From an archaeon (GTDB lineage: Archaea; Methanobacteriota_B; Thermococci; Methanofastidiosales; NM3), in the NCBI GenBank assembly GCA_004212155.1, contig RXIG01000028.1, forward strand, positions 1 to 64,000: a DNA stretch of 64,000 nucleotides, read 5' to 3'. Numbering within the stretch: position 1 is the first letter of the stretch; each line of letters starts with the position of its first letter. The position numbers were made by a program, and so were the translations under genes. This document shows positions 36,816 to 46,920 of this stretch, one piece after another. Under the pieces are notes generated by a model. It was not told the origin of the DNA. It saw only the letters and a program-made list of their open reading frames with translations, and did no database searches.

Positions 36816-38942
36816 ATGAGAAACGTGATCTTTGCGTTCATGCTGCTGTGTTCGTTGCTATTGGCAGGATGCATATCCTCCGATACACCTTCCGGCGATG
36901 TGGGGCCGCTTGAGATCTCAGCCAGGGAAGACCCGGGATTCTCATCGTATGAGCCTGTCGATGTGTCATATGATCCCGACACCGAGCCATACGACTTCGA
37001 CCCCGTAAATGCTGATATCTTTTCCTTGTCCCCCGAGCAGGCGTCATTTCTTCAAGCCAACGGATTCGTCTGCCTACCGTCCTCCTCGGATGTGCTGTTC
37101 CACGAATATTACCAGTCCTTGGCGCGCCGGGACATCCCCATCTTTGTGACGACTGATTCGGTCCTGCATTCGTATCATATCCTGTTCGATTACTCCTTGC
37201 GTCTGATGGAGCAAGACGTGTTTTACGACGATATCATCACGCTTACCGCAGATATGCAGGACACCATGCTGTCGTTCCATGACCAAAGCGAGGGACCGAC
37301 AAAGGATGCGGCCCGTTTGGCGCTTGGATTCTTTACCGTGGCACTGCAGCAACTGGATCCCTCATCAGACATCCCTGACGCTGTCAGGGACGACGTCAAC
37401 GCAGAGCTCGCGCTAATAGACGCTGCCGATGGCATTGCATACTCACCTCTTTTCGGCTATCGTGAGGACTACTCGCAGTATGTGCCACGTGGCCACTACA
37501 CCCGAACGGAGCACCTTGGCGATTATTTCAGGGCGATGATGTGGTATGGGCGCATGCCCATGCGTTTGAAGGACGCTACCGAGACACGTGCCGCCATACT
37601 CACCGTGCTTGCCATGGAGCAGCTCTCGAAGGGCGAGGGAAGCGCCTATGCCGTCTGGGATGCGATATACCAGACCACTTCGTTTTACGTTGGGCAGGCA
37701 GACGATCCCACGCTCTACGATTATGCGCCACTCATAGAGGATGTATATGGCGACACGGTGGAGCTGGACGCGCTCAACGACGAAGCAGTGCTTTCATCCT
37801 TCAGGGAGCTTGCAGCAACACAGCTTCCCGACCCGCGCATCAACTCAAGTGTCCTGACCGATAAACAGGACCTTACCGATGATACGAAGGGTCTCCGATA
37901 CATGGGGCAGCGTTTCATCATCGATTCGTACGTTTTCTCCGAGCTTGTCTACGACAACGTGACGGCATACACTGGCGACGGTGATCCCATGCCCTTCACG
38001 GCCGTGCCAAGCGCTGCAGGCTACATACGCGGCTTTCCGCGCGGCCTGGACGCAATGAGCGTGTTCGGGAACGAACAGGCGACCACGATCCTTGCAGACG
38101 AGGGCGACACCGACTATCTGAATTATGACACACAGTGGGAAAAGTTGCGTGAGGAGGTCGATGCCTATACGATAGACGACTGGACAGCAACGCTCTACAA
38201 TGCCTGGCTGTACTGCCTTGAGGCATACTCATCCCCGAACGGCGAGGGATATCCCTCGTTCATGCAAAGCGACGCATGGGAGAAAAAGGAGCTCTACACC
38301 GCACTAGGCTCATGGACCCAACTTCGTCACGATACCATCCTCTACGCCAAGCAGTCCTATACGTTCGAGGCGACGTCGGCACCCGTCGTTTCACGGCAGG
38401 GATACGTCGAACCCAACATCGACGTATACGCACGACTTCTCTCGCTGACACGCATGACCCAGGAAGGACTGCGCGAGCGCGGACTACTTCTCGACGAGTT
38501 CGACCACAAGTTCGATGCGTTCGATACTCTTCTCGAGGAGTTGATCGATATATCGAAAAAGGAACTGGAGGGCATGCCGCTAAGCGAGCAAGAGCGTCTC
38601 TTTATCGACAACTTCGGCGACCATCTCGAGCATGTGTCGACCTTTTCAGAATCGATTGGCCAGAAGGTGTCAACGGAGGCTGACGACTCGGTCGCGCTCG
38701 TAGCAGATGTGCATACGGACGTCAACACGCAACGAGTCCTCGAGGAGGGCGTAGGATATCCGTTCTCACTTCTCGTTGTCGTGGAAGTAGAGGGAACGAC
38801 CTACATCACACAGGGTCCCATGTTTTCATATTACGAGTTCAAGCATCCGCTCTCGGATCGCCTCACTGACGAGAAGTGGCAGTCGATGCTGAGCTCACAT
38901 GATACACCGGAACTTCCCGCGTGGGCGGATTTCATCCGTTGA
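36816..38942 (+). CDS. DUF3160 family lipoprotein
   Basis: AGC lipobox; EDYSQYVPRGHYT, WTQLRHDTILYAKQSY, RLTDEKW motifs. Confidence 0.9.
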   Translation: MRNVIFAFMLLCSLLLAGCISSDTPSGDVGPLEISAREDPGFSSYEPVDVSYDPDTEPYDFDPVNADIFSLSPEQASFLQANGFVCLPSSSDVLFHEYYQSLARRDIPIFVTTDSVLHSYHILFDYSLRLMEQDVFYDDIITLTADMQDTMLSFHDQSEGPTKDAARLALGFFTVALQQLDPSSDIPDAVRDDVNAELALIDAADGIAYSPLFGYREDYSQYVPRGHYTRTEHLGDYFRAMMWYGRMPMRLKDATETRAAILTVLAMEQLSKGEGSAYAVWDAIYQTTSFYVGQADDPTLYDYAPLIEDVYGDTVELDALNDEAVLSSFRELAATQLPDPRINSSVLTDKQDLTDDTKGLRYMGQRFIIDSYVFSELVYDNVTAYTGDGDPMPFTAVPSAAGYIRGFPRGLDAMSVFGNEQATTILADEGDTDYLNYDTQWEKLREEVDAYTIDDWTATLYNAWLYCLEAYSSPNGEGYPSFMQSDAWEKKELYTALGSWTQLRHDTILYAKQSYTFEATSAPVVSRQGYVEPNIDVYARLLSLTRMTQEGLRERGLLLDEFDHKFDAFDTLLEELIDISKKELEGMPLSEQERLFIDNFGDHLEHVSTFSESIGQKVSTEADDSVALVADVHTDVNTQRVLEEGVGYPFSLLVVVEVEGTTYITQGPMFSYYEFKHPLSDRLTDEKWQSMLSSHDTPELPAWADFIR

Positions 38943-41553
38943 TCTCTATGATGAACTGTGGATGCTCGATGAGCTCCACCTTCTTCCCTTTTTGTTCAAA
39001 GGCCCGTTCCACTTTCGAGATGTACTCCTTTTTGAGGGTGTATCCCTTCTCCTCGATGGCGCCTTCCTCGATGAGCCTCGCAGCGACCTTCGGGTCCTCG
39101 AGAAGTATTGCGACCTTTTTCGTATCCTTTCCGAACGTGGGCCCTATGAGCGCGAAGTTGGGCGTTGCCGAGATGATGACCTCCTCCACGTCGGGCTGGC
39201 CTGAAGAGATGGTGACCTCGCCGATGTTCATCGCACCCTCGATATCGTTTTTGAGCTCCCCTAGGTCCTCGTCGGTATAGATGACGACGGAGTCAAGCTC
39301 CTTGTTGAGGGGCAGTCCCGCATTGGACTTCCAACGACGTATCTCGCTCACGATGTCCTTGGCGAGCCTTCCCTTGCGAAGCGCTTCCTCGTCGTGTTCG
39401 GAGTGTGGCCATTCGCTCGTGTGGATGCTTCCATCGCCGATGAGCTGGGAGTAGACCTCCTCCGTGACATGGGCGAGTATCGGGGCTATGAGCTTGAGCG
39501 CTGATGCGTAGAGGCCTTTCACGAAGGCAGAGGGCAGCGTATCGTTGTAGAAGCGATACTTTATCATCTCAAGGTAGTTGTCGGCAAAGACGTGCCATAT
39601 GAATCGTTCCGCCTCCTTGAGCGCCACTGAGAACTGGTACTTGTTGACCGCATCCTCGACCTTTTCTATTGTAAGTGCGAGCTCGCTTGCGATCCAGCGG
39701 TCGATCATGGTCACCTCGCCTTTGGCGTCGGCGTTCTCCAGGAATCGGCCGATATTGTAGATCTTGTTGATGAATCGTTGGGAATGCGTGATCTCCTTCC
39801 ATGAGAATGCGCTATCCTCCCCCAGTCCGCGTGATGCGGAGAAGTAGCGCATCGGGTCCGAACCGTATTCCTCGAGGATCTCAAGCGGGTCTATCGTGTT
39901 GCCCCAGGAAGCATGCATCGACCTGCCATCGGGGGCAAGGATGTGACCGTCTATGAAGATGTCCCCCCACGGCTCATCGCCTGTGAGGAGCACGGTACGA
40001 AGCAGCGAGTAGAACGCCCACGTCCTGATGATGTCGTGGGCCTGGGTGCGTACCGTCATGGGGTAGAGTTTCTCGAACATAGCATCGTCACGGCACCAGA
40101 ATGAATTGTAAAGGGCTGATATGGATGAGTCCATCCAGGTGTCAAACACCTCTTTTGAACCAACGAGCTTTCCGCCGCACTCTGGACAGTACGCGACCGG
40201 AGGGTCGTCGTTGAGCGGATCAACGTAACACTGGTCGATGGTCGCTGGCACGATCTTGTTGCATTCCTGGCATTCCCATACAGGTATGGGTGTGGCGAAG
40301 TAGCGCTGTCGCGAGATCACCCAGTCCCAGGAAAGAGAATCGATCCACTGGTCGAGACGGACCTTCATCCATGCTGGGTACCAGTTGAGGCGTGCCGCAG
40401 CTTCCTTGATCTTCTTTTTGTATGGCATGACCTTGACGAACCACTGGTCCTTGACGAGGAACTCGACGGGCGTGTGGCATCTCCAGCATGTGCCGACACT
40501 TTGCGGAAGTGTCTCACGCTTGACGAGGAGGTCCTTGTCCTGCAGGTCCTGCACGATCTTGGCCCTGGCCTCTATCGTCTTCATGCCCTCGTACAGGGCA
40601 CACATCTCCGTCATCTTGCCTTCCTCGTCGATGGCCTTCTCGAAGTCCAGGTCGTGCTTGTATATCATCTCGAGGTCGTCCTTGTCGCCGATGGAACAGA
40701 TCATCACGATGCCGGTGCCGTAATCGGTCTTGACGCCCTCATCGGAGATGACGCGCACCTTGCGCTTGAATATGGGGGTCGTGAGGGTCTTTCCAACAAG
40801 TGATGCATAGCGCGGGTCCTTTGGATTGACAGCGACGACCTGGCATGTGGGGAGCAGTTCGGGGCGGGTCGTTGCCACGATGACGTAGTGCCCCTTGTGG
40901 TCTTGTTTGATCTCCTTGGTCTCATCGATGTTGTTTCCCTCGACATGGAACTTGACAAAGTTGAGCATGGTGTCCCTGTCGGCATATTCGATCTCGGCAT
41001 CTCCGAGCGCTGTCACGCAGCGGGTGCACCAGTTGACGGGGTGCATGCCCTTGTAGACCATGTCCTTTTCCAGCATCTTGAGAAACGAGATCTGTGTGAT
41101 GCGTCGGTAGTACTCGGCATCGGTCTGGTAGTATATCGAAGGGTCGAACGAGCACCCCAGCTCCTTGAACTGCGTTATCATCGTTGCGATGTTCTTGTTC
41201 GCGAACTCGCTGCACAGCGCGTTGAACTCCGAACGGGGTATGTTTTGCGGCGAGACCTTGTACTTCTTCTCAACGTTGACCTCGATGGGCATGCCGTTGA
41301 CGTCAAAGCACAGTGGCAAAAACACGTTGTATCCCATGAGCCGCCTATATCGGCCTATCATGTCGATATGCGTGTAATGGGTCGCATGTCCGATGTGAAG
41401 CCCTCCTGATGCGTAACGGGGAGGATTGTCTATAGAGAAGATCGGGCGATCGGACGTGTTGTCGAATCGAAAGGTCTTATCGTTCTCCCATTTGTCCTGC
41501 CACTTCTTTTCCACTGATTTGAGGTCATACGTTTTTGGCATCATGGCGATCAC
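38932..41553 (-). CDS. valS: Valine--tRNA ligase
   Basis: HIGH, WDWVISRQR, DTWMDSS, QAHDIIRTW; KMSKS replaced by SMHAS. Confidence 0.96.
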   Translation of the reverse strand: MIAMMPKTYDLKSVEKKWQDKWENDKTFRFDNTSDRPIFSIDNPPRYASGGLHIGHATHYTHIDMIGRYRRLMGYNVFLPLCFDVNGMPIEVNVEKKYKVSPQNIPRSEFNALCSEFANKNIATMITQFKELGCSFDPSIYYQTDAEYYRRITQISFLKMLEKDMVYKGMHPVNWCTRCVTALGDAEIEYADRDTMLNFVKFHVEGNNIDETKEIKQDHKGHYVIVATTRPELLPTCQVVAVNPKDPRYASLVGKTLTTPIFKRKVRVISDEGVKTDYGTGIVMICSIGDKDDLEMIYKHDLDFEKAIDEEGKMTEMCALYEGMKTIEARAKIVQDLQDKDLLVKRETLPQSVGTCWRCHTPVEFLVKDQWFVKVMPYKKKIKEAAARLNWYPAWMKVRLDQWIDSLSWDWVISRQRYFATPIPVWECQECNKIVPATIDQCYVDPLNDDPPVAYCPECGGKLVGSKEVFDTWMDSSISALYNSFWCRDDAMFEKLYPMTVRTQAHDIIRTWAFYSLLRTVLLTGDEPWGDIFIDGHILAPDGRSMHASWGNTIDPLEILEEYGSDPMRYFSASRGLGEDSAFSWKEITHSQRFINKIYNIGRFLENADAKGEVTMIDRWIASELALTIEKVEDAVNKYQFSVALKEAERFIWHVFADNYLEMIKYRFYNDTLPSAFVKGLYASALKLIAPILAHVTEEVYSQLIGDGSIHTSEWPHSEHDEEALRKGRLAKDIVSEIRRWKSNAGLPLNKELDSVVIYTDEDLGELKNDIEGAMNIGEVTISSGQPDVEEVIISATPNFALIGPTFGKDTKKVAILLEDPKVAARLIEEGAIEEKGYTLKKEYISKVERAFEQKGKKVELIEHPQFIIEING

Positions 41554-41556
41554 GTT

Positions 41557-42351
41557 CTACAAGCTTGTGGTGATAGCGTCACCTTCGATTATTAGTTTTT
41601 TGCCTTCATCTGCTACTATGGTACGTATTCCCGTACGTTCTTCTATGGCGCATCGTTCCTCCTCGACACCCTGAAGATGGAACTTCATCCCGATATGCGT
41701 GAGTACGAGCACCTCCGGCTTGACCTCGAGCGCGACCTTGACGGCATCAGTAGTCGTAAGATGATACGGGATGCGATGTTTTGCCGGCCGTGTGACGCAC
41801 ATGATGAGCACGCGTGCGTCGCTGTGCCATTTCACGAGATCGGGGAAGAACTGCGTGTCCGATGAGTACGATACTATCCCTTGCGAAGTGGTGAATCTGA
41901 ATCCTATCGTCGTGGGATCCGAGTGGATCGTTGGCGTAGCGCGTATGCTGACGTTCCCGACCGTTGTCTCATCACCTGCGGAAAGTGTCTCTATACGCTC
42001 AACGAAACGCTCATTGAAGTTGAATGGTGTCGAGCCACCGTCGGTACCACTGATAGCGCTCTCTGAACCGATCAACACGCCTCTTCGCTGTGTCGCTCCG
42101 TTCGTCATGGCCTCGATGAGGATGCTGCTGTCGTTCGTATGATCTATGTGGCAATGAGAGAGCAGTATGGCATCTAGCTCCCGCGGGTCCTCCTCCTGTT
42201 CCCATGACTTGAGGAGTGCGCCAGGTCCCGGATCCACGTGCATTTTCACATCATCCTTGAGAATGAATCCGCCCGTGCCTCTTTTTTGTGTAATGGTCAT
42301 GAAACGGCCACCGCCGCTTCCAAGAAATGTGAGCTCTACCATTCTAACCAC
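41557..42351 (-). CDS. Metallo-beta-lactamase fold hydrolase
   Basis: FLGSGGGR, DPGPG, SHCHIDH motifs. Confidence 0.92.
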   Translation of the reverse strand: MVRMVELTFLGSGGGRFMTITQKRGTGGFILKDDVKMHVDPGPGALLKSWEQEEDPRELDAILLSHCHIDHTNDSSILIEAMTNGATQRRGVLIGSESAISGTDGGSTPFNFNERFVERIETLSAGDETTVGNVSIRATPTIHSDPTTIGFRFTTSQGIVSYSSDTQFFPDLVKWHSDARVLIMCVTRPAKHRIPYHLTTTDAVKVALEVKPEVLVLTHIGMKFHLQGVEEERCAIEERTGIRTIVADEGKKLIIEGDAITTSL

Positions 42352-42568
42352 GATACCCTACATCAAAATAAGGGTGTTTATAAGGCTTTTGTAGAATCGG
42401 GTTTTGAGAATAGCGTCAGTAGCATCTGTCAATGGCGCCCAAGGGCGTTAATCCCAAGCGGTTCTCCGGTGACAGGGACTGTGAAATGTTTTATGCACAA
42501 ACAGGGTTGGCAATTATTCCCAAACAGAAAATTTTAAAAAGACTTAGGGAAAGTCTTTTCCCACGCAG

Positions 42569-42643
42569 GGGCCCGTGGCTTAGCTTGGTTAGAGCGTCCG
42601 GCTGATAACCGGGAGGTCTCGAGTTCAAATCTCGGCGGGCCCA
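42569..42643 (+). tRNA. tRNA-Ile(GAT)
   Basis: GGGCCCG/CGGGCCC acceptor; CCGG-CTGATAA-CCGG anticodon arm; GTTCAAATC. Confidence 0.96.
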
Positions 42644-42651
42644 CTTCGTGT

Positions 42652-44409
42652 TTATGTTTCCTCTTTCGAGTTGTTTGCTTCCCGTTTTTTCTGCATGCAG
42701 ACTATCCCGGTGTTCTTCTCTCCATCGACATATACTTTGAATCCTTTGGGGTATGTTATCAGCTTTATGAGGTCAGAATTGAATCTGTTCGGCTGTTCAT
42801 CAAAAAACTCCCGGTTGAGCTTTCCTCCCTTTTCCATGAAGACAGGGATGTAGAGCGTCTTGAGCGACATGAGGTCGCCAAAGAAGTGAGTGCCAAACGA
42901 CAGTTCGGGGTCTGTGCCGCATGTTGACACCTCTACGATGACCGTAGCGTTCGATATCTCGCTGTACGTTACTGGAACACCCAGTTCTGGAGTGGATGTT
43001 CCCCAGCGTCCCGGGCCGACCAGTATGTATCGTTCGTTCTGGAGGATTTCGTTGACCTTGCCTATCTCGCGAGCTATGGCATACGACGTCTGTGCGTTGA
43101 AGTTCTCCGGGGGGACATAGACGATGTGTGGAATGTTGTAACGGAATCCGTTGCCTAGCACGTTCTTGCTCCTGATGATGATGTCGTCCTTAGGCAATCG
43201 CGGTATCCTTACCTTGCGGTACTCGGGGCGACTGCCAAGGGGCCTGGCCTGGACGAGGTAGAACGTGCCGTTGAGATTGTCATCGAAGTCCATGGCGAAC
43301 TCGATGTCGATGGCGATGCCAAAGAGGCGTTCAAGGCTTGAGAGTATCTCGTCGATAACGGGGATGAACGGGTAGTACTTGCTAGTGGAAAGGATCCGTT
43401 CGAACGTCGGCACGATCTTCTCGTCAGTGCCTATATGCGGCTGTGTCGGCACGAAGTATTGATTTTCCTTGAGGGTCGAGCAGGTGATGTAGAGATTCTT
43501 TGCACTCTTTTTTACCTCGTCCAGGTCGAGTGTCTGGAATTCGCCCGTCGCAAGGTCGAGCACATCTATCTTGGTCTGGGAGTATCGGACGATCTCATTG
43601 ACGATCGAACCTTCTGGACGAAGCTTGGGGTTTGAAAGTGAGAAGACGCGAGCGTAGTTGCGTCCGACGGCACGGGTGCCAAGGCCGGCGACGAGCCTGC
43701 CGATGCCGTCCTCCATCTTGACGCGTTTGCTCCATGGATAGTAGTTTTTCGAGAACGCGACGCCAGCAATGAGGGGGAAGTAGAGATCGTCGCTGTGCTT
43801 GCGCCCCACAACATTTTGCACGACGATGCACATCTTCTCTTTTTGCCATGGGATCTTATGTTTTTTTCTGTATTCCTTGGCATTCTCGTTGAACGTGGAT
43901 GCGTAAACGCTTTTGACGGCATCTTCGATCGATTTGATACGGTATTCGAGCGTGCCGCTGTTAGGAATGAATATGGACTCGTAGATGCCTGCGAACGAGT
44001 ACTTGAGACTGTCCTCGAGTAGTGACGACGACCGGATGATGAGCGGTCCATTTTCCTTCTCGAGAATGTCATAGAGCACTGTCTGGAGATCCTCTGGCAT
44101 GTTCGCCTCAAGGAACTTCTGATTCATCTCCTTGACGCTCAGGATCCTTCTGCATTTGTCATTGACGATGTCGCTGAGGTAGTTCATGTCGATGAACGAA
44201 TCATAGAACTCCGAAGTGATAATGTACGAACGTGGGAAATGTACATATGATGCATACGATCCTTTTATCGTGGCCTCTTGGTAAGCCTTCATAGAGAATA
44301 TTATTCCTTTTGCTTTGCCACCAACATGGCCGTTGCCGTATATGGTGACATCATCGGGAAGTTCGTCGGGATCTACGCGATATGTCACAAACGCAGGGTC
44401 TTGGGTCAT
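42652..44409 (-). CDS. PEP/pyruvate-binding (PPDK/PPS N-terminal ATP-grasp) domain protein without phospho-His domain
   Basis: GGKA, IRSSSLLEDS..SFAGIY, GLG, DIEFA, VQARP, GPGRWG, SFGTHFF motifs. Confidence 0.88.
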   Translation of the reverse strand: MTQDPAFVTYRVDPDELPDDVTIYGNGHVGGKAKGIIFSMKAYQEATIKGSYASYVHFPRSYIITSEFYDSFIDMNYLSDIVNDKCRRILSVKEMNQKFLEANMPEDLQTVLYDILEKENGPLIIRSSSLLEDSLKYSFAGIYESIFIPNSGTLEYRIKSIEDAVKSVYASTFNENAKEYRKKHKIPWQKEKMCIVVQNVVGRKHSDDLYFPLIAGVAFSKNYYPWSKRVKMEDGIGRLVAGLGTRAVGRNYARVFSLSNPKLRPEGSIVNEIVRYSQTKIDVLDLATGEFQTLDLDEVKKSAKNLYITCSTLKENQYFVPTQPHIGTDEKIVPTFERILSTSKYYPFIPVIDEILSSLERLFGIAIDIEFAMDFDDNLNGTFYLVQARPLGSRPEYRKVRIPRLPKDDIIIRSKNVLGNGFRYNIPHIVYVPPENFNAQTSYAIAREIGKVNEILQNERYILVGPGRWGTSTPELGVPVTYSEISNATVIVEVSTCGTDPELSFGTHFFGDLMSLKTLYIPVFMEKGGKLNREFFDEQPNRFNSDLIKLITYPKGFKVYVDGEKNTGIVCMQKKREANNSKEET

Positions 44410-44610
44410 TGAGAATCCTTTGTGGCGATAGTATTAATATATTTTGCATTTTTGGAACAAAGCGTCATCGATTCAAAAGATACCATCCTGTGAAGAAAGC
44501 GATATTGCGGCGCCCATCGCGGTGTGACGCTAGGTCGAACGGCCCCCTTGGCTACAAAACATTTTTTAAGCGATGTCCGCTGTATCTAGATACTCACTCA
44601 ACTTTGTTGT

Positions 44611-44688
44611 GGGACCGTGGGGTAGCTTGGTCCATCCTTTGGGGTTCGGGGCCTCAAGTCTCGCGTTCAAATCGCGACGGTCCCACCA
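44611..44688 (+). tRNA. tRNA-Pro(CGG)
   Basis: GGGACCG/CGGTCCC acceptor with encoded CCA; loop TTCGGGG. Confidence 0.93.
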
Positions 44689-44698
44689 GCTTCGTTTC

Positions 44699-45469
44699 TC
44701 ATCTGAAGATGGTGATGCAGTACGTCTCGCCGCTGATATCCAGTATATGCGTTTGCGCATCAAGCGTGAGGACCGTTCCATCCTTGGTCGTGAGCTTTAT
44801 CGGATGAGCTGCATATCCTTTCGAGGTCGCCTCCTTGATGCTCTTATAGAGCATGGCCTTGTCCTCTGGAGGCATGAGCGATGCGGGGGTAATTCTCTCG
44901 AGCTCTTCCCTCACGTACTGGAGGAGGTTGCAAAACGCATCATTGAGGAACAAGAAACGTTCTGGAAGCGCATCGGCTGAAACGTGACAGATCATGATCG
45001 GTTCGACCGCGTTGTTAAAAAGGTCTGTGTAGCGCTTTTGCTCCTGCATGAGCCACTCGCTCTGCTTTAGGTTATAGAACTCCGATAACCTATTTGCTAT
45101 CTCTATGAGGAGGTTTCGCTCCTCGAGGAGGAAGGGCCCGTCGTCAGCCTCGGGGCGTTTGGCGAGATAGTGAACCTCGACACACCCTATCGGTTCGCCC
45201 TGGTAGAAGATCTTCTCCTTCTGGCTCCATCTTCCCTCCCTGAAACGGGGAGATGTCACTGATGTCGGCCCTATGGTGATCCTGGAGCAGCATATCTCGG
45301 AATATTGCCATCCAGGGGGAATGATCTCCGCTATCTTGCTGAGTTGTTGCTCGAAAGGGATGTTTTTCTTGGTCATGACCTTTGATATCTTGTAGAGTGT
45401 ATTGAGCTCCTTTACCCGCTCCCTCAGTTTTTTCGTGATATCGTTGGTCTCATCCGTTTTTTCTGACAT
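44699..45469 (-). CDS. GAF-like plus PAS sensor protein with no output domain
   Basis: LRERVKELNTLY, IPPGWQY, GPFLLEE; then LFNNA, NDAFC.LL.Y..EEL, TKDG (PAS/PAC). Confidence 0.8.
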   Translation of the reverse strand: MSEKTDETNDITKKLRERVKELNTLYKISKVMTKKNIPFEQQLSKIAEIIPPGWQYSEICCSRITIGPTSVTSPRFREGRWSQKEKIFYQGEPIGCVEVHYLAKRPEADDGPFLLEERNLLIEIANRLSEFYNLKQSEWLMQEQKRYTDLFNNAVEPIMICHVSADALPERFLFLNDAFCNLLQYVREELERITPASLMPPEDKAMLYKSIKEATSKGYAAHPIKLTTKDGTVLTLDAQTHILDISGETYCITIFR

Positions 45470-45631
45470 GTTCGACCACATTCTATGGATGCTATCTCCT
45501 ATGGACCATAACGTCCCGCTTGCTACCCCACTACATCCATGGATTATATAAATGATGGGATGGTTCGGAGGCAGATATACGGGTATATGCATCCTGGCCG
45601 CACCATAAAAACATTTGCGTATGAATCCGCT

Positions 45632-46039
45632 TCATTCCTCTTTCGCCCCCATCTCTCCCCTGCGCTGCTCATACACCGATTTGCAGTAGTTGTAGAATGC
45701 GCAGTCCTTGCATATCAGCTCGAGTACGGAGGGCGTCACAACCTCGTCTATGACCGAGTAGATCTCTGTCGTTGAATAGGTCCGTTCGCACATGAGCCCT
45801 GTTGCTCGCAACACCTTCGCATCGAGCAGTTTCGTGAAGAGGAGCTTGGGGCACGTTTCACGGTGCGGGCAGTGCGTGCAGATGTCGTCTTCCCCGCAGA
45901 TGAGGCGTATGCGTACGTTGTCATCGTCGATCTTTTTCTTGATCTCCTTGAACGCCTCTACGAAGTGATGGCTGTATCCTAGTCCGTAGAACGTACAGAT
46001 GCACAATAAGTGGTGTGGCCTCAGATTGATCGTTTCCAT
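45632..46039 (-). CDS. DUF1284 family Cys-rich protein
   Basis: LRPHHLLC...GYS..F, DDIC..CP, C..C motifs. Confidence 0.88.
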   Translation of the reverse strand: METINLRPHHLLCICTFYGLGYSHHFVEAFKEIKKKIDDDNVRIRLICGEDDICTHCPHRETCPKLLFTKLLDAKVLRATGLMCERTYSTTEIYSVIDEVVTPSVLELICKDCAFYNYCKSVYEQRRGEMGAKEE

Positions 46040-46200
46040 GGGGCACCATTCCCTGAGAATTGGCATTTCTACCTCAAGACCAAACAATATAAATATTCTT
46101 GAGGAAGCGTGAATCTATTCCTTTTATGGGGTTGTGCTCAAGGATATTTGATATAAAGATTTTTAAATAGTCGGCCATCAAGTGACTACAAGGTGAGAAC

Positions 46201-46614
46201 ATGTCGGGATATGATTACGAGAAACTCCTCGATGACGCACGGGACTCGCTCCCCCAGAACCTCTTCGAGGGAAGCAGATTTGAGATGCCTAAGATTAAGG
46301 CGTTTGTCGTGGGAAATAAGACGATAATCAAGAACTTCAGAGAGATCGTCAATACCTTGCGCAGGGATGAGAATCACATCATGAAGTTCCTCTTGGGTGA
46401 GATGGCAACATCTGGTAACATCGAGGGCTCACAAGCCGTCTTCCAGGGTAAGTTCACCCAGTCGTTCATACAGGACAAGCTTCAAAAGTACGCTGACAAC
46501 TTTGTTCTATGCATGGAATGCAAGAAACCGGACACGACGATAGTGAAGGAAGGGAGGATCTACTTCCTGCGCTGCGAGGCATGTGGCGCAAAGCATCCTC
46601 TCAGGAACTACTAG
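46201..46614 (+). CDS. eif2b: Translation initiation factor 2 subunit beta
   Basis: RFEMP, GNKT..NF, CMECKKPDT...CEACGA. Confidence 0.96.
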   Translation: MSGYDYEKLLDDARDSLPQNLFEGSRFEMPKIKAFVVGNKTIIKNFREIVNTLRRDENHIMKFLLGEMATSGNIEGSQAVFQGKFTQSFIQDKLQKYADNFVLCMECKKPDTTIVKEGRIYFLRCEACGAKHPLRNY

Positions 46615-46621
46615 TGGTGTG

Positions 46622-46918
46622 ATGAACGTTTACGTGAAGGTCCATAAGGCATGCAACGACGTGCTCGTTGCCATGTGCGATACGGACGTGCTCGGCAAGG
46701 AATTTCGAGAGGGGGAGCTCCATATCACCCCTTCTCCCTCTTTCTACAAGGGAAAGCTCATACCGATAGAGGAGTGTGAACGCTATTTTGCCGCCGCATC
46801 CATACTCAATCTTGTCGGAACGAACGTAGTGGAACGCGCCATATCAGCAGGATATATCGATCGGGAGCATGTGCTTACCATTGGCGGGACCGTGCATGCA
46901 CAGATGGTGGTCGTCTAG
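46622..46918 (+). CDS. DUF424 family protein
   Basis: VAMCD..LG, FY.G, NLVG, HAQ motifs. Confidence 0.9.
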   Translation: MNVYVKVHKACNDVLVAMCDTDVLGKEFREGELHITPSPSFYKGKLIPIEECERYFAAASILNLVGTNVVERAISAGYIDREHVLTIGGTVHAQMVVV

Positions 46919-46920
46919 CG

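Noticed and set aside
42569-44688. tRNA-flanked segment as an integrated element
   Set aside because: No integrase and no duplicated tRNA 3' end (att site) seen; the two tRNAs are different and complete.
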